DNA of 36,932 nt, from the NCBI RefSeq assembly GCF_001194135.2, contig NC_068987.1, forward strand, positions 60,202,210 through 60,239,141, in the 5' to 3' direction. Below are positions 22,290 through 32,140 of the stretch, one piece after another. The stretch is from Octopus bimaculoides (lineage: Eukaryota). Every line of letters starts with the position of its first letter. The stretch's first letter is position 1. Under the pieces are notes generated by a model. The model saw only the letters and a list, made by a program, of their open reading frames with translations, made no database searches and had not been told where the DNA came from. A program made the position numbers and the translations under genes.

Positions 22290-22710
22290 TATACTTTATG
22301 ATCGCGGTCGTCATCGTTGACATCGTAAGTTCAATTCCTTGAGCAAAGTACTTCACATTATGTTGCTCCAGTCTAATCAAATGTAAACGAGTGCCATCCG
22401 AGAGCTGTTCGCATTTTCTCCTCCCAGCTGTCCCATCCTGGGTGTGCTGCTGGATCGAAGGGTGGGAGAGACGCGAGAGGGACTCTATGTCTGTTCGTGA
22501 CTACATAGGCAGCTAAAACAATTAGCGAAAGCATGGTACATGTTACCAAGTCATGATCGTTTGCAGTTGGCGGCTAGCTCAAATTGCCTTTTATAAGAAG
22601 CCAATGAAAGAGTTTCCACATGGTTAATGGACATTATAGGTACAGAAGCTAAATTTCCCTCAAATCATTCTCCAGCATCTTTAAAAAAAAGACAAATTGT
22701 AAAATCTAGT
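22290..22710 (+). mobile_element. Old SINE family D, head plus body plus tail
   Basis: AGTTCAATTCCTTGAGCAAAGTACTTCAC head/CORE-like block, a body shared with 18510-18785, and tail AAATTTCCCTCAAATCA...TTAAAAAAAAGAC. Confidence 0.75.
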
Positions 22711-23154
22711 TTGAGATACTTTACATCTCAAAAATCTATCAATGCTTCACTTATTATCTTGAATCTCTTTTATTTGAATTACAACACCATTTCTGATTTT
22801 CTCAATTCCTTAGATCGTAGCATCAATATGTCTGGGGAAAAAACAAGCTAATGTTTATGAACCGATGGGGAAAATTCTGTATTGCTTTCATAACGTAATT
22901 GTTTTGAAAATTGCTGAAAATTACTTAGAATAAATGACAAGCTTCTGTGAATCAGACAGCGATGCACTTTTGATTGTAGGTTACTTTTTAAGTATGTAAA
23001 TATTTGAATAGAATGTACACGGCAAAAAGATCGGATAGCCACATATAGAAATCATAACTAAACGATGATGAAAGGAAACGCAAACTGACATATTCAATAA
23101 CGAAATATTACTAAGAATGAACGTTCATCTCATCTGAAAATGACATAATAATTG

Positions 23155-23365
23155 CTTGAAATTTGGGTACAAGGCCAGCAATCACAGGAAGAGAGGATCA
23201 GTCGATTACGTCAAACCCAGTATTCAACTGGTAGTTTATTTTATCGACCCATCACCACCAACCCTTGCCAGGGATGAAAAACAAAGTTAACTTCAGCTGG
23301 TTTACAATTCAGAACGTGAAGAGCTTCAAGAAATTCCACTAAGCATTTTGTCCAACTTGCTAATG
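23155..23365 (-). mobile_element. SINE family B copy with an insertion of about 20 bp
   Basis: AAATTTGGGTACAAGGCCAGCAA...GTCGATTAC...CCCAGTATTCAACTGGTA...TATCGACCC...CAGAACGTGAAG...CTAAGCATTTTGTCC. Confidence 0.85.
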
Positions 23366-23388
23366 CTATACCTTGTTANNNNNNNNNN

Positions 23389-23422
<34 letters not shown>

Positions 23423-23527
23423 AATATATGTGTACATATACATATACACACACATACATACACGCATGCACGCACACATGTATAGATGTGTGTGCGTGCG
23501 TGACCACGCGCGTGTGTGTGTATGTGT

Positions 23528-23799
23528 TGGCAAATGTAAGACGGAAGATGGAATATACGAGAATTTATTATTAACCACTACAATCATTTCGACACATTTA
23601 GCATCGATTCCTCGTGGGTGGGACACTCAACAACTGGTTCAGGAGCATCCGGTGGTGCAGATGTATCTCGTCGGGTGATAAATAAGCACAACTCGTTAAA
23701 ATGATTGTTCCATAAGGAATCGATGCTAGATGTGTCGAAACAATTGTCGTGATTAATAATAAATTCTCGTATACTCCATCTTCCGTCTTTCATTTGCCA
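23528..23799. mobile_element. Foldback element with inverted arms of about 90 bp (MITE or inverted Penelope-type terminus) beside a TA/TG microsatellite
   Basis: 23529-23617 versus the reverse complement of 23710-23798: about 9 mismatches in 89 nt. Ends TGGCAAATG...CATTTGCCA|TA. Confidence 0.8.
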
Positions 23800-24311
23800 T
23801 AAACCTAACGATCACTGTGAAAATGACCGTGCTTTGCGAGTAAGCTGCCAGGTGTAAACCATTTGTTTTATTATCCACTAACCACAACCAATTTCCGATT
23901 TCCGAGAGGAAGGTGCTATACGGTAGCGTACCAAGATGATGGATAAAATAACCCTGGATGTTTCGCTAAAGGACATACCTATACCTAGTAGGAAGGATTA
24001 TTATATACATGATATTTCGGAGAAAACGAACCAATTTGTACGTAGAATGCAGTGGAAAGCTTTCTTTTTCAACAAGGAACTTAAACCAAATGACAAATCT
24101 GAACATGGTGACCTACTAAGAAAAGTATTCAAATCCAGAAGGAACCCACCGACTAAAAAACATCTAACCAGATTTGAAGAATTATATAGTATAGTCAAGA
24201 ACGTGAAGTTCAGGAAGTACTCTAGAAGGTGTAATATACATCAACAGAAAATCAGAAAACTACTTGTCGACTTCAAGAAAGCTCCGGAGATACTTGTAAC
24301 AGCGGACAAAT
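23800..24311 (+). mobile_element. 5' fragment of a Penelope-like retroelement (leader plus N-terminal 125 aa)
   Basis: ORF from 23936: SLKDIPIPS...EKTNQFVRRMQWKAFFF...FKSRRNPP...RFEELYSIVKNVKFRK...ILVTADK, matching the SxKNIPIPS/RMRWKAFF/FKSxxxPP/ADK N-terminal pattern of invertebrate PLE ORFs as I recall them. No RT or GIY-YIG domain present. Confidence 0.7.
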
Positions 24312-24545
24312 ATCTGTATAATCTAAATCTAGTTGAGTTGTGTTCCATTCTATACCTCGTTTATATTCTTCTGTTGTCCTTTGCATCAGCCAATTCCCTG
24401 CCAATGAAAATAAAATTGGCGATAACACGCATCCTTGTTTGATTTCGAACGGATCTATCAGTTTGTTGAGCATAATTTGACATTCGAAGTTTTCATACAA
24501 TAAACGAGTCATCTTGACTAATTTGAGTGGGAAACCATAATGTCT
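24300..24545 (-). mobile_element. RTE-clade LINE reverse transcriptase fragment
   Basis: RHYGFPLKLVKMTRLLYENFEC...IKQGCVLSPILFSLAGNWLMQRTTEEYKRGIEW...DLDYTDICPL, corresponding to RT motifs QGCVLSP and the degenerate DLDFADDI. Confidence 0.85.
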
Positions 24546-24811
24546 GTTGTGCGAGAGTACGACATCATTTGACGAGAAAAGACGGGACCACTACATATAA
24601 ATAGTAACGGTCTGACGTAGTCGGTAGTTCATAGTTTGGTCTTCGAAGTCCAGGTACAGTTTACAGTTTGAGTTAGTGTGTTGGAAATATTGATTGGTGG
24701 TTCGTAAAATATTGTTGGTTTGTTGCGCGTTTGTTACTGCCGCTGTTTCTATTTTGTATTGTTATAACACTGTTACAGTGTATTCTTTATCTAGCGTCGA
24801 CAATATCAACA
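24545..24811 (+). mobile_element. Single Gypsy-type LTR, 267 bp
   Basis: Termini TGTTG...CAACA (inverted 5-mer, TG...CA), TATA-like CATATAAATAG near 24593, and directly followed by Gypsy pol. No second LTR found. Confidence 0.6.
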
Positions 24812-24816
24812 GTACT

Positions 24817-26039
24817 ACAGACTGGACAAGAGTGGAATCATTAAAAATGTGGATTACTCTAAGTGGCCGGCGCACACGGTGTGCATTAAAAAGAAAAATA
24901 AGATTAGGCTGTAAGCCGATTTCCCTACAGGATTGAATAAGTTCTTAAAGACATGCCACCATCCACTCCAGATTCCAGAGGACATTTTAACAAAATTAAA
25001 TGGTGGAAAAATTTTCTCCAAATTGGATCTGTCTGACACTTATTTACAGATTAAAGTAAATGAAAAATGCTCAATCTGAAAACAAATACACATAGAGGAT
25101 TGTACAGTTATACCCGGTTACCTTTTGGATTAAAGGCTGCACTGGCAATACTTCAGCAAATCATAGGCGCTGTCATCTGATTGTGAATTTGCAATCCCTT
25201 ATTTGGACGATATATTGATTAAGAGTAATTCGCTTAATATAGAGCATATAAAAGCTGTGTTCAAGAAAATTAAGGAGTACGGGTTCACTTTGAATGAAGA
25301 AAAATGCAAATTCTTTTTGCCTCAAATGAAGTACTTAATTGATAAAAATGGTAGACGGCCTGACCCGTAGAAGGCAGACGCAATAAAGAATATGCCTCTT
25401 CCGACAAATATACCAACATTACAAGCATTTCTTGGGCTGGCAAACTACTACCAAAACTACATTCCTAACATGCACAAACTAAGAGCTCCATTGAATGACT
25501 TATTAAAAAAGGAAGTAAAGTGGAATTGATCGGTTAAATGCCAAAACGCGTTTGAAGAAATAAAAAAAATTCTGTTCGCAGATTTGTCTCTAGCGCATTT
25601 CGATCCTGAAATGGACATTGTTGTAGCGTCTGATGCTTCGGAGTACAGAATAGGGGTAGTTTTGCTACACAAGTATAAAGGCGGAAGTACGAAACCAGTG
25701 ATTCCTGTTTTGCGCTCGCTGATAGCGGCAGAGAAAAAATACGGTCAAATAGAAAAAGAAACCCTCTCGATTATCTTTGCTGTAAAATAATTTCACAGGT
25801 TTGTGCATGGTAGAAGTTTTCTGTTACAAACAGATCATCGACTATTGCTATCAACTTATGGGTCAAAGAAAGGGTTATCTACCCATACAGTGAACCGACT
25901 ACAACGTTGGGGTACAATATTACTAAATTACAATTTCAAAATGCAGTATATTCCATCGAAAACAATTGATCATGCGGACTGTCTATCGAGACTAATTCCC
26001 CAAAATACGGAGCCACTGGAAGATACTATGATAGCCGCA
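24817..26039 (+). pseudogene. Ty3/Gypsy pol fragment (RT plus RNase H), K02A2.6/Mag-like, with stops and frameshifts
   Basis: RLDKSGII.VDYSKW, KLNGGKIFSKLDLSD.YLQI, RLPFG, YLDD (25200-25211), AFLGLANYY, VVASDASEY, EKETLSIIFAVK, QTDHR, RLQRWGTILLNYNF, HADCLSRL. No gag, protease or integrase. Confidence 0.95.
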
Positions 26040-26160
26040 CACTCAATCCTTTCTGTCGAAGATCATCGGCTAGAAAAGTCAGAGACTTCCCGAGCGTTGA
26101 ACTAATACACCTGCTTGTTTTTCTTTCACCTGTCGTCGTCTTTTGTTTTCTGTAAATGTG
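26040..26160 (+). mobile_element. Penelope-like terminal repeat remnant ending in a microsatellite
   Basis: CCTTTCTGTCGAAGATCATCGGCTAGAAAAGTC...CCCGAGCGTTGAACTAATACA...CACCTGTCGTCGTCTTTTGTTTTCTGTAAAT resembles an abundant octopus repeat end I recall, with a CUGANGA/GAAA-like spacing. Confidence 0.45.
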
Positions 26161-26164
26161 AATG

Positions 26165-26165
<1 letters not shown>

Positions 26166-26207
<42 letters not shown>

Positions 26208-26295
26208 TGTGCATATATATAAATATATAATATACATATGTATACACATATATGTATATGTGTGTATGTGTGCGTGCGTGCGTGTGTGCGTATGG
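26166..26295. repeat. (TG)n/(TA)n compound microsatellite
   Basis: Seen directly in the sequence. Confidence 0.9.
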
Positions 26296-26669
26296 ATGTA
26301 TATCGTTTTTTATATTTGGTTTGCAAGATTCTTGATGTGAATTTGTGCGTTGAAAGAAATCTTATGTCTTAGGAGAGTCATTATACCAATAATAACACAC
26401 GCTTTGGTTCAATATCACTTCTTTATTCTTAGTCAATCAATTAAATATCTAACCAACTAACTGATCGATGATTTGCTTAATTTGCTGATTAAATAATGAA
26501 TTGATTGTTTATTAGTCAAAGTTCATGTGTCGCTTAGCGTGATCTCTTCAGCGATTTGCACTCTCTCTTCAAGGTCTGTCCTGAGCTTGTCTGAGTATTA
26601 GTGTTATGCCTGTGTGTATGTATGCCTTCGAAGTTACTGTCACTCTGTCATCATTCTTCTTGTAATAGT

Positions 26670-26776
<107 letters not shown>

Positions 26777-27354
26777 AAAACAAACGCGTTCTTGAAAAAA
26801 TTACACGAATCTGAAATCATATTACATGTATGCCTTTTTCTGTCAATTGAAAACATGGTTATTACGAGAATTGTTTTGGATTTCTGCCTTTTTGACAAGA
26901 CCCAAGGATGTTAAAGGAAGAAAGAGATAGTAATTATTGACGCCAATGAAATTAACTAGAATGGAACGGCGAAACGAAAGTCTGTCGTAATATTCAACCG
27001 CTCAGAAGTTGTCGTTTTTAGATTTTTTTTAAACATTCATCGCACAGTGCTTTCCACACTGTGAAAAATATATTAACATTGGCAATGTCGCTATAATAAT
27101 TTTACCATAATAAATAGAAGTGCTTTGTCATTGAGAGCTGACAAGATTTTCAAAGTGAATTAAGATAAATGCCTGTTTGAAAAGGAAAGACTACGTGACA
27201 TTTTATTAGTACATAAAAACGTAACTGACTTTTCATACGGGACTTGACTAATGAGATAGCGAAAAAAATTTTTTATGAAGCGAAGTTATTTAACGAATTG
27301 AACGATGACAGGTTTCTTAGATGGAAATAATGGAAAAACAAATGAAAGCCTACG

Positions 27355-27423
27355 TAAACACACACACACACACACTCACAGAGAGATGCGCGCGCATGCG
27401 CATATACAGACACAAATATATAT

Positions 27424-27464
<41 letters not shown>

Positions 27465-27790
27465 TATTATCCATATATATATACATACATATGTACATAT
27501 ACGTATATATATGTATGTGCGTGTATATATATATATATATGTGTATACATATACATATGTATACGTATATATATACATATCTATATGTATATGTATATAT
27601 ACACATATCTATATATATACTATATATACGTGTATGTGCGTGTGTATGCGTGCGTTTATGTGTACATGTTTATATAAATGTACCTGCATAAATATGTAAT
27701 ACATCTATATATATATAAGTATACATACATACATACATACATACATACATCCATACATACATACATACCTAGATACATACATACATATGA
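27355..27790. repeat. Degenerate (CA)/(TA)/(TACA) microsatellite field
   Basis: Seen directly; source of the I/Y/C/V ORFs. Confidence 0.92.
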
Positions 27791-27965
27791 AGGGAAAATA
27801 AGCTAATAAATGTTTTTCGGTTTAGTTATCTTTTACTGTCGATCTTAATAGCATGTGAGTTTTATACTGTCGTGTTTGAATTAATGGTTAATTCGTATTC
27901 ACAGCATTTAATCTATATTTGTGCTGTGTTCGTTTGTGACCAACACACTTAACTCTCTAACTCAC

Positions 27966-27985
27966 CGCTCTATATTTCTATCTGT
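27966..27985 (-). CDS. Candidate 20-nt microexon (TDRNIER in frame 0)
   Basis: Minus strand: ...ccttctgatccgtctatcgtttgttgttttcag|ACAGATAGAAATATAGAGCG|gtgagt. Near-consensus acceptor, long pyrimidine tract and consensus donor. Confidence 0.35.
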
Positions 27986-28271
27986 CTGAAAACAACAAAC
28001 GATAGACGGATCAGAAGGAATAGTGAAGGGACAATCAAATTAATGAATATTATGTCTGCTTGCGATACTGTGTACAATGCTTGGGAATCTGAAGTTTTCC
28101 GAGACTTAGCATTAATTCGGTATCCTCCTATCGTTACAAAACGTTCATATTGCTGGAGCTGGATATTCTGATATTCTGATACGTTGAACCACGGACTGAT
28201 TTTATGTGAGACAGTTTTTCAACAGTCGTTGAACTTTCCAGATGGATTCCCAAGCGTGATCAACTGAAGCT

Positions 28272-28488
28272 ATTTCTTTTATTCTTTCTTTTACTTGTTT
28301 CTGTCATTTGGCTGCGGTCATGCTGGAGTACCACCTTGAAGGGTTTTAATCGAACAAATCGACCTCAAAACTTTTTTAGCCCAGTACTTATTTTTATCGG
28401 GTCTTTTGTTGAACCGGTTATTAAGCGATGATGGAAGGACAAACACAGACACAATGACACACACATAGGTGTAGACAGACAGACAGAC

Positions 28489-28545
<57 letters not shown>

Positions 28546-28705
28546 TATAGATAGATAGATACGACTGGCTTCTTTCATTTTCCGTCTGGTCGGTCCGAGG
28601 TTATATCAGAAGATACTTTCCCTAGGCGCCATGCAGTGGGACTGAACCTGGAACTGTGCGAATGGGAAGCAAGATTCTTACCACGCAGTCACACTTGTGC
28701 CTATG
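28272..28705 (-). mobile_element. Full SINE family A copy: tail 28272-28470, internal (GACA/GATA)n 28474-28560, head 28563-28705
   Basis: Head is the reverse complement of 29977-30140, with a deletion. Tail is the reverse complement of 15780-15985 and 31560-31772. Confidence 0.88.
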
Positions 28706-28860
28706 TACGTTATCCAATCATCTCGTCTTTGGTCTAAATCAAGATCTCCTGCTAGTTGACTGAGCTTGAAGAATCCGTCTTGCGATTCTTTCCTGCGACA
28801 TTCTAATCGTAGTACTGGTCCGTAGTACTGGTTCTAAAATTAAATATTTTTCTTTCTAAT

Positions 28861-29022
28861 TTTTGGCACAAGACTAGCAATTTTAAGGGGACTGCTCAAC
28901 TGGTACTTATTTTATCAACCCCGAAATGATAAAAGGCAAAGTTGAGCTCGGCAGCATTTGAACTGTAATAAAAGCTGTTAGGTATTTTGTCCAACACGGT
29001 AACGATTCTGCTAACTCGACGC
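28861..29022 (-). mobile_element. SINE family B copy with internal deletions
   Basis: TTTTGGCACAAG...CAACTGGTACTTATTTTATC...AAAGGCAAAGT...AACGATTCTGC. Confidence 0.85.
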
Positions 29023-29363
29023 CTGGCTACAATCATATTGTAACATTGAATAATGTAGTTCTAGATAAAACTTGCCTGGCAAAATAGAGATGTTCACTGT
29101 TGAAATTTCTTTGACAACAAAAAGAAAAAATGCTTTCTTTACTCCTACTCTGAACTGGCCGGGGGTTAAACAATAAATACAACAGACCGTAATGTCTTTC
29201 TATTTTTTTTTCCTCGACATTGCATTCTGTTTAAAACCTCAATGAGGATAATTAAAATGAAACTAATTTCTGATTATATTAATTAAGGAGTAATTTATAA
29301 CTACGAATTAATTTTAAATCGAAAGTTGATGTGAGTTACGCTCATATATATGGCGGAAGAAAT

Positions 29364-29570
29364 GCGGTGAGCTGGCAGAATCGTTAGCACGTCGGGTGAA
29401 ATGCTTAGCAGATTTTCATCCGTCCTTACGTTCTAAGTTTCAATTCCTCTAAGGTCTACTTTGCCTTTCATCCTTTCCGGATCGATAAAGTACCAGTTGA
29501 GTACTGGGATCGATGTAATAGACTTACCCCCGCCCCGAAATACCTTGCCTTGTGCCAAAATTTGAAACCA
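29364..29570 (+). mobile_element. SINE family B, near full-length
   Basis: GCGGTGAGCTGGCAGAATCGTTAGCAC...TTACGTTCTAAGTT...CTTTGCCTTTCATCCTTT...GTACCAGTTGA...GCCTTGTGCCAAAATTTGAAACC. Confidence 0.92.
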
Positions 29571-29829
29571 ATATATAGAGAGCGGAAGTGATACAAAAAT
29601 AATCCAGTTTTGTCACTTCTATATAATAATGTTAACAATGAGTTATAGTTATAACATAATCCATTCGGCGTTTACAGGTAGCTGTAGCGAGTTCTTTCAA
29701 AACAAACATTTGTACCTAGCAGGTATCAGTCAGTGGTAGGCTAAATAATTATTCCCGCTATCCTATTAGAAGTATATTTGACTAATGTCAGGTAGCGATA
29801 AGGCAACAACCATCGAGTAGACACGTTAA

Positions 29830-29905
29830 GTCGATTACATAGTCTTCAGTACCCAATTTATTTTATTGAATCCGAAAGGATGAAACGCAAAGTCGACATC
29901 GGTGG
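29830..29905 (-). mobile_element. SINE family B internal fragment
   Basis: AAGTCGATTACAT...CCGAAAGGATGAAACGCAAAGTCGAC. Confidence 0.7.
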
Positions 29906-30142
29906 GACTGGTGACTATCAAATTGAGATTTAAATACATAGAAGCCGATTAAATATGTAATTAATTTGTTTTATAAGTACAAGCGTGGCTGTGTGGTAAG
30001 GAGCTTGCTTTCCAACCATATGGTTCCTGGTTCAGTACCACTGCGTGGCACCTTGGGCGAGTGTTTTTTGTACTATAGCCTCGGGCCAAAGCCTTATAAG
30101 TGGATTTGGTAGGCAGGAACCGAAGGAAGCCCGTCGTACATA

Positions 30143-31428
30143 TCCGGCTGAGGAAAAAGTAAACAACGTTTTCAGCGATGAAAAATTTGTACCAGAGTTT
30201 TGAATTTTTTGAACATTTTTTTTAAAATTGTCTGATAATACAGACATAGACTTGTCTAAATGCATCAATAAATTAACATTGATATTTTTTTCACTGTTGT
30301 TACAATCATCTGAAATGGAACTGTCAAAGTGCGATATTCGACCAATTTTGCTACTCAACTTCAAAAAGGAACGTAAAGCAGCTGAAACTGCTCGCGATAT
30401 CAATGAAGAAATGACCAGTGAGTGGTCAGCTCGGAAATGGCTTAAACGATTTTTGTTTTCTGTAAATTTGCTGTGTGTGCGTGTGTGTGAGTGTGCATAT
30501 ATATGAATATATAATATACATAATATACCTTGGAGATAGTGAGCGTAGTGGACGCCCATCTGTCATCAATGACGGTCAATTAAAGATTGTCACTAAGAAA
30601 GATCCACGTAAAACCACTCGAGAACTGGCAAAAGAACCTTGAGTTAGCCAGAAAATTGCCTACAGCCATTTGCATGCGATCAGAAAATCTGAAAAGCTTA
30701 ACAAATGGATACCACATGATTTGAATGAAAATCAGAAAATGCACAGATAGGAAATTTGCTCTTCGCTCCTTCTCTGTAACAAGAACGATCCATTTCTCGA
30801 TCGTATTGTAACTTGCGATGAAAAGTGGATTCTGTACAATAATAAAACACATTCTTCGCAGTAGCTGGACCAGAATGAAGCACCGAAAACCTTCCCTAAA
30901 CTCGAGCTCTTCAAGACTATTTGGTGGTGTACTGCTGGATTCATCCACTATAACTTCTTAAAACCCGGAAATACCATTACTGCAGAAACATATTGCCATG
31001 AAATTACCAAAATGAACGAAAAACTTCTACTTCTCGGTCCCAGACTGGCCAACAGAAGAGAGCCAATCATTCTTCATGACAATGCTCGACCACACGTTTC
31101 ACTAATGATGCTCCAAAAAATAGGGGAACTTAGCTACGAAGTTCTCTCTCACCCAGCTTATTCCTCAGACCTTTCTCCTTCAAGCACCATGATGGTTTCC
31201 TGCGAGAGGAGTTCAAAAATCAAACTGATACTGAAAGTGCGTTCAAAGAGTTCATCAGCTCCAAAACTCCAGATTTTAATGTTACCGGAATAAACAAACT
31301 TGTAACTCATTGGCAAAGATGTTCTGATTGTAATGGTACTTACTTTGATGAATAAAATTTCCGCATTGTTGAAATATATTGTGATGAATTTCATGTTTCA
31401 AAACGTTGCTTACTTTTTACTCAGCTTG

Positions 31429-31429
<1 letters not shown>
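30143..31429 (+). mobile_element. Mariner DNA transposon, 1287 bp, with 30-bp TIRs
   Basis: Left TIR TCCGGCTGAGGAAAAAGTAAACAACGTTTT (30143-30172) versus the reverse complement of 31400-31429, TCAAGCTGAGTAAAAAGTAAGCAACGTTTT: 26/30. TA at 30141-30142; TG on the right side. Confidence 0.95.
30315..31355 (+). pseudogene. Mariner transposase pseudogene (Hsmar1/cecropia-like)
   Basis: MELSKCDIRPILLLNFKKERKAAETARDIN, ERSGRP, KWIPHDL, FLDRIVTCDEKWILYN, ILHDNARPH, HPAYSSDLSP, GINKLVTHWQRC..GTYFDE*. Contains stops, frameshifts, loss of the third catalytic Asp region and a foreign insert. Confidence 0.95.
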
Positions 31430-31462
<33 letters not shown>

Positions 31463-31931
31463 NNNNNNNNNNNNNNNNNNNNNNNNNNNNNNNNNNNNNN
31501 NNNNNNNNNNNNNNNNNNNNNNNNNNNNNNNNNNNNNNNGCGCACGCGCGTGCGTTTGTGTGTTTGTCCCCCACCACCACTTGACAATTGGTGTTGGTAT
31601 GTTTATGTCTCCGTAACTTAGCGGTTTGGGAAAAGTGACCGATAGAATAAGTACTAGGTTTTAGAAAAATATAAATCCTGGGTTCGATTTGTTCGACTAA
31701 AATCCCTTAAAGGTGGTGCCCCAGCATGGCCGTAGTCAAATGACTGAAACAAGTGAAGGAAAAAAAGAAAAAAGGTCAAAGATGTATTTATTTATTTATT
31801 TATCTTATCGCTTTGGGACACTCATAATGTGAACCGGAAAAGGTTGAAATGCATGATTGAAACTTTTCCCAAGCTTGAAAAGATATTATTCATCCTCTTA
31901 AAGTAACAAACATGCTCATGATGTCTTTCTA

Positions 31932-32140
31932 ATTTTGATACAAGTCCAGCAATTTTTAGTGAAGGAGGAAGTAAATTACATCAACCCCAGTGTTCAACTG
32001 GTATTATTTTATCGAACTCGTATGGATAACAGGCAAAGTCGACCTCGGCGGATTTGAACTCAGAATATGAAGAGTGGGAAGAAATGTCACCAAACATTTT
32101 GTCCGCCATGCTAACGATCGTCACAGCTCGCCGCCACTTT
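31932..32140 (-). mobile_element. SINE family B, near full-length
   Basis: ATTTTGATACAAGTCCAGCAA...CCCCAGTGTTCAACTGGTA...GGCAAAGTCGACCTCGGCGGATTTGAACTCAGAA...CAGCTCGCCGCC. Confidence 0.92.

Larger units (their letters stand above)
29977..31772 (+). mobile_element. SINE family A split by a mariner: head 29977-30140; (TG)n and tail 31430-31772
   Basis: A box TGGCTGTGTGG (29986), B box GGTTCAGTACC (30029), CORE-like CACCTTGGGCGAGTG. The tail after the gap (N 31463-31539) matches 15780-15985. Confidence 0.85.

Noticed and set aside
24311-24442. C-terminal part of the 168-aa ORF at 23936 (hydrophobic, TM-like)
   Set aside because: It is read-through into the antisense RTE fragment, not part of the Penelope protein.
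24694-24936. 80-aa ORF with a signal-peptide-like N-terminus
   Set aside because: It is an off-frame reading across the LTR/pol junction.
29155-29172. GGGGGTTAA resembling a piggyBac-type terminus
   Set aside because: No matching TTAACCC partner or internal sequence nearby.
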